Numbered from the whole stretch's first letter, positions 38,765-50,708 are shown. The stretch is DNA of 63,143 nt, filler included, from Octopus bimaculoides (GCF_001194135.2; 7 parts of 6 records of this genome joined end to end with filler, not necessarily neighbours in it); one strand, 5' to 3'. A program made the numbers and translations. The notes: a model not told the origin generated them from the sequence alone.

Positions 38765-38930
38765 CAGGAATGGCTGTGTGGTAAGAAGCTTGCTTCCCAA
38801 CCACATGGTTCTCGGTTCAGTCCCACTGCATGGCACCTTAGGCGAGTGTCTTCTATTATAGCCTTGAGCCAACCAAAACCTTGTTAGAAGATAGGTAGAT
38901 GGAAACTGAAAGAAGCCCGCCGTATATATA
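38765..38930 (+). mobile_element. SINE family B, 5' half
   Basis: GGCTGTGTGGTAAGAAGCTTGCTTCCCAACCACATGG...GGTTCAGTCCCACTG. Confidence 0.8.
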
Positions 38931-39453
38931 TNNNNNNNNNNNNNNNNNNNNNNNNNNNNNNNNNNNNNNNNNNNNNNNNNNNNNNNNNNNNNNNNNNNNN
39001 NNNNNNNNNNNNNNNNNNNNNNNNNNNNNNNNNNNNNNNNNNNNNNNNNNNNNNNNNNNNNNNNNNNNNNNNNNNNNNNNNNNNNNNNNNNNNNNNNNNN
39101 NNNNNNNNNNNNNNNNNNNNNNNNNNNNNNNNNNNNNNNNNNNNNNNNNNNNNNNNNNNNNNNNNNNNNNNNNNNNNNNNNNNNNNNNNNNNNNNNNNNN
39201 NNNNNNNNNNNNNNNNNNNNNNNNNNNNNNNNNNNNNNNNNNNNNNNNNNNNNNNNNNNNNNNNNNNNNNNNNNNNNNNNNNNNNNNNNNNNNNNNNNNN
39301 NNNNNNNNNNNNNNNNNNNNNNNNNNNNNNNNNNNNNNNNNNNNNNNNNNNNNNNNNNNNNNNNNNNNNNNNNNNNNNNNNNNNNNNNNNNNNNNNNNNN
39401 NNNNNNNNNNNNNNNNNNNNNNNNNNNNNNNNNNNNNNNNNNNNNNNNNNNNN

Positions 39454-39485
<32 letters not shown>

Positions 39486-39499
39486 GTGTGTGTGTGTGT

Positions 39500-39630
39500 G
39501 AAGGCACATGGCTCAGTGGTTAGAGCGTCAAGCTTACGATCGTGAGGTTGTGAGTTCGAATCCCGGACCAGGCTGTGTGTTGTGTTCTTGAGCAAGACAC
39601 TTTATTTTATGTTGCTCCAGTCCACTCAGT
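39500..39630 (+). mobile_element. tRNA-derived SINE family D head
   Basis: GAAGGCACATGGCTCAGTGGTTAGAGC...GAGTTCGAATCCC followed by GTGTTCTTGAGCAAGACACTT; no CCA-type acceptor end. Confidence 0.75.
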
Positions 39631-40518
39631 GGTTACTGTTGTTGTTTTGATGTTGGTCATAATTTAACATGATGTATTCATATGAGCCACCAGCTCATCT
39701 CTGATCAATTATTGATTTTGGGGTTGAAGCAGTATGCAATAGCTCAACCAAGATTGTAACTCTATGAAGAATTGGTTAAACATTAGCTGCACGTTGAGAC
39801 TGTTATCACCTGCTAAACTTGATTAGCTATGCATAAATGGCCGTGTAATATTCAGGAAGTTGTTATGTCACAACGTACATTAACAACAAAAAATTGTAAA
39901 TCTGTTTGAGCTTTGATAAGTAGTGTAGTGGTAGTTGTTGTCGTAATGGTGTTGCGGTTCTAGTTTTAACAGTTTTTTGGGTCTTGCTTACAGTTGTAAG
40001 TCAAATATCTATTTATTTTACACACACACATGTACAAACACATACACACACAGATACACACATACACATACAAACACTTACACACACACACACACACACA
40101 CACATACATGTACAGACACTCATACTCACACACATGAATGCTTGCTACAGCAAATAACAACACCCACGCAGGAATAGATACATACGTACTTACAAACATG
40201 CAAACATATACACATATATACATACATAGAGAAAGACACACAAACACACACACACACACAAACAACACACATGGACAAATGATTGAAACAGTAAAAAGTA
40301 AAAGGTTTAGTAGTAAAAGGTTTACCGCTAGGTAAATGATCAGACATCACGACCGACCCACAGTTGTTTCACATGATCAGTCTCTTGCGCAACTATCGCA
40401 TGATTCAATCTTCTTCTTGAACCTTAGAAAAAGAGCTGCTTTTGACACCTACATCCTTTGCAGAGCATTGAGAGTGGCTGACACATTCATATTTTTTATG
40501 TGACACCAGCACGTCAAC

Positions 40519-40554
40519 TCGGTGGGTGGTGGTGCATGGCCGTTCTTAGTTGGT
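40519..40554 (+). rRNA. 36-nt fragment of 18S rRNA (not a gene)
   Basis: TCGGTGGGTGGTGGTGCATGGCCGTTCTTAGTTGGT matches the conserved eukaryotic SSU segment as I recall it. The flanks do not continue as 18S. Confidence 0.8.
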
Positions 40555-40695
40555 TTTCACCCAGCCTGGTCCTAAGAAGGAGAGGCGAGGACATCCTTTC
40601 CGGTCGGAGTGCTTGGCGTAGGCGAGGAAGAGGAGGAGGATACCGATCGGTNNNNNNNNNNNNNNNNNNNNNNNNNNNNNNNNNNNNNNNNNNNN

Positions 40696-40707
40696 TTAAT
40701 TAATTAA
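40696..40707. other. Artificial scaffold-joining linker
   Basis: N44-TTAATTAATTAA-N44. Confidence 0.95.
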
Positions 40708-40751
40708 NNNNNNNNNNNNNNNNNNNNNNNNNNNNNNNNNNNNNNNNNNNN

Positions 40752-40804
<53 letters not shown>

Positions 40805-40861
40805 GACATTGTCTGTCTGTATGTCTATCTCTCTGTCTGTCTGTCTGTCTGTCTGTCTGCC

Positions 40862-40918
<57 letters not shown>

Positions 40919-40955
40919 GCCTGTCTGTCTCTGTCTCACTCTGTCTCTCTCTCTG
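40752..40955. repeat. (TATC)n-(TGTC)n compound microsatellite
   Basis: Directly visible. Confidence 0.95.
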
Positions 40956-41851
40956 CCCTATATTCTGTGCAACTTTCGCAGACACTACCAGCATGGGAGG
41001 TTCTCAGTCTTATCATTAATGGTGTGAAATTGAGTAATACCATCTGGTTGATAGCTGATGAAGAATTAGGGACCTTCTGTGTCTATCTCCCGTCCGGTTG
41101 TACACTCAGTATCCGTTATGCGTTTTTTTTTACCTGTAGTTTGTTTATTTACAATACATTTTTTTATTTATTAAGTAACGGAACGCCAAACACCTCGGCT
41201 TTTATTAACAGTAAATTTTATATATCCGTGCGACTCTATTTCTAGCCTTCACTCTTTTTCCTTCTGTTCTCTCTATTGCTCTCCTAATTCTATTTCTAGC
41301 TTTTCCTCTTTCACCTTTTCTCTCTCTCTCGCTCTCTTAATTCTATTTCTAGTTTTTCTCCTTTCTCCTTTTACCTCTTCATCCGTTCCCTCTCTCTTGC
41401 CCTCCTCTCCTCTGCTGCTGACACGTGACCCGTGGCCAGCCTTTCTTTCTCTCCCTTTTTCACACCGAATGCGTAGTTGAGCGGTCCTAAATTCTCTGTC
41501 CCACTGTCTTGCTGCTTATTGTTTTCTAATCCTTTAGGATGCCTTCTAAATGTTAGACACCATTCTTGTCTTTTTGACCCTGAGAACATATTTTGCTCGT
41601 TTCTTCTTTATTTCGTCTTTGTACATCGCCTTAATTTACATTTATTCACTTTCAAATACTCACGCTGCATTGTTTTGTTCGCTCTCGGCCCTATATTCTC
41701 CGCAACTTTCGCGGGCTCTGCCAGCATGGAAAGCCTCTCAGTCTTATCATTAATGGTGTGAAACTGAGTAATATAATCTGGTTGATTACTGATGAAGAAT
41801 TATGGGCCTTCTGTGCCTCTCTCCTGACCGGTTGTACATTCAGTATACGTT
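40955..41851. repeat. Pair of ~165-bp diverged direct repeats (40955-41118 and 41684-41851)
   Basis: Shared CCCTATATTCT...CTCAGTCTTATCATTAATGGTGTGAAA.TGAGTAAT...CTGATGAAGAATT...CGTTAT, offset by about 734 bp. Confidence 0.8.
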
Positions 41852-42576
41852 ATTTCAGATATCAGCAGAAAAAGGCAATTAAAATTCATTAAAATGACAG
41901 ATCTATCAGACTTTCAAAGAGGTCAAATAGTTGGTGCTCGTATGGTAGGCGCTAGGGTAACGAAAACAGTCGAAATGTTAGGTGTATCAAGAAGTACTGT
42001 CTCGAAAGTAATGACAGCGTTTGAGAAAGAGGGAAAAACCTCCTCGTCGAAACAGTACTCCAAAACTTTCAGATAGGGACCGTCGGACTCTCACAAAAGT
42101 ACAGGTTCCAAAAATACTGCCAAGTTTAATGACCACCTCGAGAACCCAGTTTCCACAAAAATTGTTCGCCGGAAGCAGGACAAAATCGGATTTCATAGGA
42201 GGGTTGCAATCAGAAAATCATTACTTTTAAAAACAAACGTTGCAAAAGCATTTAGAGTAGCGTAAAAACCTACATAATTGGTCCCTAGGGCAATGGAAGA
42301 GTCATCATTTATCTTATTTCCGACCACCGGCCGGGTATACGTGTGGAGACAGCCAAAAGAAGCATTTGACCCAGACTGCCTTCTTCCAACTGATCAAATT
42401 CATCATATGCTTGCGTAACTTTTTCCGGAGGGAAACGGAATCTTTCAGGATGATAATGCATCAATTCACACATCTAGTGATGTTGAACATCATTTCTAGG
42501 GACCACCGTCCCCAGATCTCAATATTATAGAACATTTATGGTGGAAAAACAAGTAAGGAGTCGATATCTTCCACCA

Positions 42577-43222
42577 TCCGTATATATATAAAAGGCAAGA
42601 TGTGTGTGTGTGTGTGTACGGGAATATAATTTGTGCACGTCCACAAATTAGCACGCATGTCGCTCCAATTTTAAGAGGACATTCGTCATGACCCTATCTG
42701 CATTTTCATCAACATTTTCTCTCAGAGGCACCCGCGTATAGCTGTAAAAATCGATTTTCAACCGTAACTTTTACCAATTTTGAAGTTTGCTAATGTTGCG
42801 AAGTGAAAGTTTGCGTAAGCGTGTGAGGGAGAGAGAGAGAAATTGTGTGTTGATGTATGTGTGTGTGTGAGAGGGGGAGTGAGGGAGAGCTAGAGATTGT
42901 TTGCCAGCGTCTAACAAAAAAAAAGTAAAGAAAAAGTGGGAGAAGGAGACAGAAAGCGTCTAACGAAAGAAAAGGTAGTTGTAAGGAAGACAGAGTAAAT
43001 GTCAGCGTTCATCAAAAATGAAAATGTAAAATGCTTTTTTTTTTCTTAAACATGAGATATAGTTTCAAATAGAGGATGTTTTTGAAAGACACTATATTTT
43101 ATAAGGAGATTATACATACTTTCTCTCACAACAATTAAAATATATTTATCTTAAATCATTTATTTATTTTAAATCGTTCATCTTTCTCCCCCTCTCACTC
43201 ACACACACACACGCACACGCAT

Positions 43223-43259
<37 letters not shown>

Positions 43260-44315
43260 CACAAACACACACAAACACATACTACTTTGGGAGCGAAAGA
43301 GTTTTCTTTATATTTCACGCTGAAGACAAATGTTTACTGACAATCCATTTATTTAACAACAATGAAACAAAGAGGTATGTAACAATTTGTCAGTGAATTA
43401 CACAATATAAATGGGTAAAATTTCCGAGGCTTCCACCACCCCAACCCGTTTTTCGGACCACAAAAAGGATTTTGTAGCATATTAGCAGGCCAGGATGCCC
43501 AATTATGTTAACCAGAAACTTGCTTCCGCCTAAACAGTGCAACGGGACCCGCTTAGTAGTTAAGTCCCTGATGCCCCACTTGATTGAGGCCCCATTGTTA
43601 CAGAGTGCGGGAGGGGTGAAAATGTTTTCATTTTAAGGATGCACCTTTATCCCTCGGGGTCAGACATGCCATTTAACTTTTGCAGATCGCAGTTCCCGGT
43701 GAAACCATGCTTTGCCATGTCCATCAACAAATTCCAAGGCCAAACACTATCGGAGGCAGGCATCCATTTGGGGAGCCATGCTTTTCACATGGGCAACTTT
43801 AGGTGGCCTGCTCCCATGTGGGTAGTAGAAACGCTCTTTTTGTGTATGCTTCTCAGGGCAGAACACACAATGTTGTCTATAGCGAAGTTTTATAGACAAG
43901 TTGTCATTGCAGCCGATGTGGTTATAAACAGTGATCCGGAAGCATTGGCCGGACATATTCTCAAACCATGGCAACATGACTTATGGACTCTTCCTCTATT
44001 TTATTGGACAATGCTGACTTCTCCAACAACAGTGCTCACTCGGCTGATATCAGTGGTTGGCTAAGTTGCTCATAGAGTTAACCTAGATCCCCAGATCTCA
44101 TGCAACTTTAAAAAACAGTCAATGAGTTGAAATAACCGATAAATTCCTTATGGGATTTCCTAATCAAATTGCCAGCAAACCATTTTCAGCCAAACCGATT
44201 TCAACGGATTTCGCTCAAATCTGATGTCGATGTTACTTATTTTGGTTTGAAATAAAGCATTTGATCACTTAATAATCCTAGCTTAATCCCGGGCAACGCC
44301 GGGCTATACTGCTAG
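42577..44315 (+). mobile_element. Non-autonomous Helitron with both termini (1739 bp)
   Basis: A|TCCGTATATATATAAAA at the 5' end; hairpin CCCGG-GCAACG-CCGGG (44288-44303) then CTAG|T at the 3' end; no TSD. Confidence 0.9.
43490..43890 (+). pseudogene. PIF1-family helicase C-terminal remnant within the Helitron
   Basis: PGCPIMLTRNL...CNGTRLVV, then a frameshift near 43590, then RSQFPVKPCFAMSINKFQGQTL and an FSHGQL-like remnant. Confidence 0.9.
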
Positions 44316-44441
44316 TCATCACTAAAAGAACTGGAGATTAGAATTCAAACTATAATTACTGCCAAAGGCGGTCCTACCCCATACTAAAATAAATTTGTTT
44401 GAAATTTTAAGGTGTTTCCATTATTTTGTCCAATCTGTGTG

Positions 44442-44472
<31 letters not shown>

Positions 44473-44668
44473 NNNNNNNNNNNNNNNNNNNNNNNNNNNN
44501 NNNNNNNNNNNNNNNNNNNNNNNNNNNNNNNNNNNNNNNNNNNNNNNNNNNNNNNNNNNNNNNNNNNNNNNNNNNNNNNNNNNNNNNNNNNNNNNNNNNN
44601 NNNNNNNNNNNNNNNNNNNNNNNNNNNNNNNNNNNNNNNNNNNNNNNNNNNNNNNNNNNNNNNNNNNN

Positions 44669-44730
<62 letters not shown>

Positions 44731-45179
44731 TTACACCGTATCTTGCGGTATGGCAGACGCTGCACAATGGAAGACACACAATGATTTTAGAATTGCAATA
44801 TGCAGAAAAGAAATTTATTTACAAAACCCTTAACAACGGGTACACACTAAATACCTGTTATCAGACAAAAATGGCGGAAAAACCAGCAAAATACTAACTC
44901 AAGATGTTGAGCGAATTCACGAAACAGTGGTAATCTACGTGGTAGTTTACCACTGCATATCGTAGTACACAATCGTAAGCTTTTCGCTGTCTTGCGATTA
45001 TTCATTGGAAACACCACTGCTGACCTTTTATCAGTCAAAGGCACCCGATTACAACTGCCAACAAACACCTGATTTAAACCAGAAAACCCTCAGCACCTCT
45101 TTAAATAACATCATTGAAGACGCATTGTTATTTAAAAAATAACTGCCACAAAAAAAAACTTGCGTGGTAGCAAGGTAGT

Positions 45180-45800
45180 GAAGAAAAGCATCTTGCAGAT
45201 TTTAATTGTCACAGATATCATGATCCTTTGTCGCGTATGGATTAAGGAGTTGAATTTTCTCCCCAAGAAACAAAGTTTAGCCATACATTGCTCCAGGCAG
45301 GCAGGTAAGCTGCTGCGTACTCTATGACACTAATAAGGACATCTAAGAAACAGAAAGTGCATCTTGAGTACTGGATTTGCAAGTTCTTTTTTAATAGTTC
45401 ATACATGTTTATTTCTCTTTATTTTTGTAACCACATTGGTGTCGTGAGGGCACCAGATTTCTGCAAGAAAGTGTATCTTTTGTTGTAATGGTCCGGTTGT
45501 AACTTGATGACTATTCTAATTTTTAAGTTCCAACAATATTCTTTTGAGCCCTTGTCTCAATGTAGTAAACTTTGTTTACAGATATTCTTTTTGTTTTTTT
45601 TACTCTGTTCCAGACCATTCTGGCTACGGCATCATGCCTCATATGGATGATGATATCTAGAAAACATTCTTTCTCAGTTGGAAATTATGTGGTCCATGTA
45701 TGTATATAGCTTATGACATACCAAATTAACGTAACAGAGTATAATATGTAATGATATAGTTCTTTAGTCAGCATACATAACTCGTAATTTCGTGTTCAGG
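45180..45800 (-). pseudogene. R4/Dong-like LINE 3' fragment (zinc knuckle and restriction-like endonuclease)
   Basis: Hand translations DHIISN, MRHDAVARMVW, YCWNLKI, PDH, EIWCPHDTNV, LQIQY and TIKICKM follow the order of the R4 REL domain; many frameshifts. Confidence 0.7.
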
Positions 45801-46047
45801 AGAAAACTATTGAAAACAATAATTCATATTATATAAGCCACTGATATTTTCAAACAGCCATTATGTTCCGGTCGTCTGATTACTTTGATTAGTTCCTTGA
45901 TATTAAGCTTCTATTCACAATGTATAATTGCTAAGCGACTATACTTACGTACCATGCTGCATACATACATCCGTGCATACATACATGCGTGCATACATAC
46001 ATATACGTACATATTCATATATATAAATATGAATATATATACATTAT

Positions 46048-46226
46048 ATAGGAGTGGCTGTGTGGTAAGTAGGTTGTTTACCAACAACATGGCCTTGGGT
46101 TCAGTCCCACTGCGTGGCACCTTAGGCAAGTGTCTTCTACTATAGCCTCGGGCCGATCAAAGCCTTGTGTGTGGATTTGGTAGACGGAAACGGAAACTGA
46201 AAGAAAACCGTCGTATATGCGTGTGT

Positions 46227-46275
<49 letters not shown>

Positions 46276-46410
46276 ACTGTATCTGTCCCCTACCATCGCT
46301 TGACAATCGATGCTGGTGTGTTTATGTCCCTGTAGCTTAGAATAAGTACTAGGCTTACGGTGCTCCGGCATGGCCACACTTAAATGGCTGAAACAAATAA
46401 AAGAATAAAA
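46048..46410 (+). mobile_element. SINE family B, near full length, with internal (GT)n
   Basis: GGAGTGGCTGTGTGG head, internal microsatellite, GGTGCTCCGGCATGGCC and an (AATAAAAG)n tail. Confidence 0.85.
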
Positions 46411-46795
46411 GAATATAGAGAGATAGATATACGTCACTAAAGTGAACAAATGGCACTAATCAACACCAGTATTGCTAGAAATAAGAGTCAAAACAATTCA
46501 ATAGTCACAGAAGCACTATCTTAACATACTGACAAGAAAGACAAGCTCCCTACGGTGGCAGATATAGCCAGATCATCGATGATTTCGCATTTTGACTCTT
46601 AATGCATCTTAACGATCATCACGGCGCCTAGGGTTAAACTCATCTCACTTTGTCAACTTGTAAGATTTCCTGTCAAATCATACGCTGATTAACAGCTGTA
46701 AGACCTATTTTTAAATGTTCTATAATGTACACAACCTTGTCTTTTTTTTTTTTTTATCTCATTACGAAAAGTAAATCCTTATATATATATATAAG

Positions 46796-47036
46796 GCGTA
46801 GGAGTGGCTGTGTGGTAAGTAGCTTGCTTACCAACCACATGGTCCCGGGTTCAGTCCCACTGCGTGGCATCTTGGGCAAGTGTCTTCTACTATAGCCTCG
46901 GGCCGACCAAAGCCTTGTGAGTGGATTTGGTAGACGGAAACTGAAAGAAGCCCGTCGTATGTATGTATATATATATGTATGTGTGTGTGTGTTTGTGTGT
47001 CTGTCTTTTCCCCCCCAACATCGCTTGACAACCGAT
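46796..47036 (+). mobile_element. SINE family B, cut by the scaffold end
   Basis: Very similar to 46048 and 55613; preceded by (TA)n. Confidence 0.85.
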
Positions 47037-47080
47037 NNNNNNNNNNNNNNNNNNNNNNNNNNNNNNNNNNNNNNNNNNNN

Positions 47081-47092
47081 TTAATTAATTAA
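47081..47092. other. Artificial scaffold-joining linker
   Basis: N44-TTAATTAATTAA-N44. Confidence 0.95.
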
Positions 47093-47235
47093 NNNNNNNN
47101 NNNNNNNNNNNNNNNNNNNNNNNNNNNNNNNNNNNNTATATATATATATATATATATATACATAGATAATGAATTAAAAGCAGCGTTACTGATGTAAACA
47201 TTATCGACCACATACTTAATGTATGTTTTGTTTAT

Positions 47236-47550
47236 TCGTCGGTTACAACGACGAGGGTCCCAGCTGATACGATCAACGGAACAGCTTGCTCGTGAAATTA
47301 ACGTGCAAGTGACTGAGCACTCCACAGACACGTGTTTCCTTAACGTAGTTCTCAGGGAGATTCAGCGTGATACAGAGCATGACAAGGCCGGCCCTTTGAA
47401 TTACAGGTACTACACATTTTTGCTGGATGAGCGCACTGGAGCAACGTGAAATAAAGTGTCTTGCTCAAGGACACAACGCGTCGCTGGAAATTGAACTCAC
47501 GACCTTAAGATCATGAGCCGAATGCCCTAACCACTGAGCCACGCGCCTTC
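47236..47550 (-). mobile_element. SINE with the family D head and the family C 3' module
   Basis: The head matches 39500-39630; 47236-47405 matches 16120-16295 and 60368-60540. Confidence 0.8.
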
Positions 47551-47664
47551 ACTATTACTTAATAGCAGTTTGACTTGGTTTCATGCATCTTAAAGTTTTG
47601 TAAACTCAGAAAAACGAACGCAGCTCGTCAGTCATTTAAAGATCAAGTAACAGGAAATGAAACG

Positions 47665-48000
47665 AATTCAAGATGGCTTCTAGACCTAACCCTAGTCTTG
47701 AAAACGGGCAAGTACTACCCAACAAAGAAATCGTGTACATCCACAGAAACCCCAGCCATCAAGTCACACGCTTCAGGAGAAGAAAGTGTAAGCCGTCAGA
47801 GAATTGAGAGCTCTTCAGCAGGTCCGCCTCCCAATATATCGGGGCACTGGGGAGGAGTCGATTTACTGAGAAGTTAGTATATATGGAGGGTGTTCCATAT
47901 CTCCGACGAACCTGATGAGAAGCAGAAAGAGAAAGTCTCATTCAACCCTCCATTTAACCTAGAATCTTGAACCAACAAAACTAGGAGATTACTGGTGCCT
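47665..48000 (+). pseudogene. Penelope-like reverse transcriptase C-terminal fragment
   Basis: LLDLTLVLKTGKYYP, YIHRN, YIGALGRSRFTEKLVY and EKVSFNPPFN parallel PLE FLD.T.DL.TG.Y.P, YIH..SNHP, Y..AL..SG and WFNPPF. Confidence 0.65.
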
Positions 48001-48060
48001 GTTAAGAAACACTCTACTGTGTTAAAGTTAGTTACTCCTGGTTAGACAACATCGCTTCTA

Positions 48061-48098
<38 letters not shown>

Positions 48099-48639
48099 TC
48101 TTTTACTCTTTTACATGTTTCAGTCATTTGACGGCGGTCATGCTGGNNNNNNNNNNNNNNNNNNNNNNNNNNNNNNNNNNNNNNNNNNNNNNNNNNNNNN
48201 NNNNNNNNNNNNNNNNNNNNNNNNNNNNNNNNNNNNNNNNNNNNNNNNNNNNNNNNNNNNNNNNNNNNNNNNNNNNNNNNNNNNNNNNNNNNNNNNNNNN
48301 NNNNNNNNNNNNNNNNNNNNNNNNNNNNNNNNNNNNNNNNNNNNNNNNNNNNNNNNNNNNNNNNNNNNNNNNNNNNNNNNNNNNNNNNNNNNNNNNNNNN
48401 NNNNNNNNNNNNNNNNNNNNNNNNNNNNNNNNNNNNNNNNNNNNNNNNNNNNNNNNNNNNNNNNNNNNNNNNNNNNNNNNNNNNNNNNNNNNNNNNNNNN
48501 NNNNNNNNNNNNNNNNNNNNNNNNNNNNNNNNNNNNNNNNNNNNNNNNNNNNNNNNNNNNNNNNNNNNNNNNNNATAATATTAACGATAATGGCATGCAC
48601 TGCTCTCTCACTCAGTAGCAATAACAACAATGATAATAG

Positions 48640-48640
48640 C

Positions 48641-48726
<86 letters not shown>

Positions 48727-48730
48727 TAAT
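48640..48730. repeat. (AAT)n microsatellite
   Basis: Directly visible. Confidence 0.95.
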
Positions 48731-49616
48731 TATAATCTCAATAAGAATCGCCTCTTTCAGTGTTCTTTCTTCATAACTTGGAATATTTCCAACGGTAATG
48801 GAAAAATAATATGTTGCCTAAACAGATCGAAAGAAATATAAGAGAAAGTCTACAAAATACAGTTCAATACCCGAATGCCAGCCTGCATTTGTTCTTTTTT
48901 CCTTTGCACTATCATTATTAGTATACAAATATAAATAGTATATCATTGAAATTATAGAAATGAAATAAATTGTGTCAAAGCAAATGAATGTTCAGTCTAT
49001 AAGAATATCGGGGCAGCAGAATATATTTCTCAATATATTTTCGCAAGGAAAATAATAGAGATATAATTACAATAAAATCACTATAAAATACCTTCAAATA
49101 GTCGCGCAGTCTTTTTAGATGAAGCAAACGAGTAAATTTAATCAACCAATTAGAGGAATATAATGGAGGTATTACATTTTGTATTAAGTTAAAAGAGCAA
49201 CGAGTACAGAAGAAAAGACAAAATAATAGACATAGTCCAAGAATTGGTAAATAAATCCGTTAAAATCATTGCTGTTTCCACTAAGGGGACCCCAAAATTC
49301 GTACATGTCCAAAAGCCAGAGTTTTAATCTCCAGATTCCCAGATTTCTTGGTAAAGTTCGAAGAACGAAGGCCAGGAAACCAGACAAACAAACCTGTTTT
49401 GTAAATTCTTTTGTTCCTCAATTTTTCTTCAGTTATTTTTGTATTCTTTTAGAAGTTATTGGTTCTTGACGTGCTTTTAGTGCATTTTTAAACCTGATAA
49501 TTATCCCGACGATCTCATTTCCTGAAACGCTTAGATCCATGCACACACGCACACACACGCACACGCACACACACACACACACACATATACATACATACAC
49601 ACATACATACATACCA

Positions 49617-49647
<31 letters not shown>

Positions 49648-50677
49648 GTAATTATATTAAGCAACTTTCTCGTTTTTTTTTGTTTGACAGCCGACAAACA
49701 TAAGACAGATCCATCTCTAAATTTGTTGGTTCTTTACATAANNNNNNNNNNNNNNNNNNNNNNNNNNNNNNNNNNNNNNNNNNNNNNNNNNNNNNNNNNN
49801 NNNNNNNNNNNNNNNNNNNNNNNNNNNNNNNNNNNNNNNNNNNNNNNNNNNNNNNNNNNNNNNNNNNNNNNNNNNNNNNNNNNNNNNNNNNNNNNNNNNN
49901 NNNNNNNNNNNNNNNNNNNNNNNNNNNNNNNNNNNNNNNNNNNNNNNNNNNNNNNNNNNNNNNNNNNNNNNNNNNNNNNNNNNNNNNNNNNNNNNNNNNN
50001 NNNNNNNNNNNNNNNNNNNNNNNNNNNNNNNNNNNNNNNNNNNNNNNNNNNNNNNNNNNNNNNNNNNNNNNNNNNNNNNNNNNNNNNNNNNNNNNNNNNN
50101 NNNNNNNNNNNNNNNNNNNNNNNNNNNNNNNNNNNNNNNNNNNNNNNNNNNNNNNNNNNNNNNNNNNNNNNNNNNNNNNNNNNNNNNNNNNNNNNNNNNN
50201 NNNNNNNNNNNNNNNNNNNNNNNNNNNNNNNNNNNNNNNNNNNNNNNNNNNNNNNNNNNNNNNNNNNNNNNNNNNNNNNNNNNNNNNNNNNNNNNNNNNN
50301 NNNNNNNNNNNNNNNNNNNNNNNNNNNNNNNNNNNNNNNNNNNNNNNNNNNNNNNNNNNNNNNNNNNNNNNNNNNNNNNNNNNNNNNNNNNNNNNNNNNN
50401 NNNNNNNNNNNNNNNNNNNNNNNNNNNNNNNNNNNNNNNNNNNNNNNNNNNNNNNNNNNNNNNNNNNNNNNNNNNNNNNNNNNNNNNNNNNNNNNNNNNN
50501 NNNNNNNNNNNNNNNNNNNNNNNNNNNNNNNNNNNNNNNNNNNNNNNNNNNNNNNNNNNNNNNNNNNNNNNNNNNNNNNNNNNNNNNNNNNNNNNNNNAA
50601 TATATAATTATATATATATATATATACTTGCATACGTTACAAACATATACGCATATATGTATCTACACATACATACA

Positions 50678-50708
<31 letters not shown>

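Larger units (their letters stand above)
41855..44441 (+). mobile_element. Tc1-like transposon (decayed transposase, right TIR), interrupted by a Helitron
   Basis: MTDLSDFQRGQIVGAR...GVSRSTVSK, DNASIH, SPDLNIIEHL and the C-terminus AKGGPTPY*. Right end GGTGTTTCCATTATTTTGTCCAATCTGTGTG|TA; left TIR not seen. Confidence 0.85.

Noticed and set aside
39500-39575. tRNA-Arg(ACG) gene
   Set aside because: It has A and B boxes, but no proper acceptor stem and runs into a SINE body shared with 47236-47550.
47918-47945. CTGATGAG...GAAA as a hammerhead
   Set aside because: No stem II, and it lies within the PLE coding remnant.
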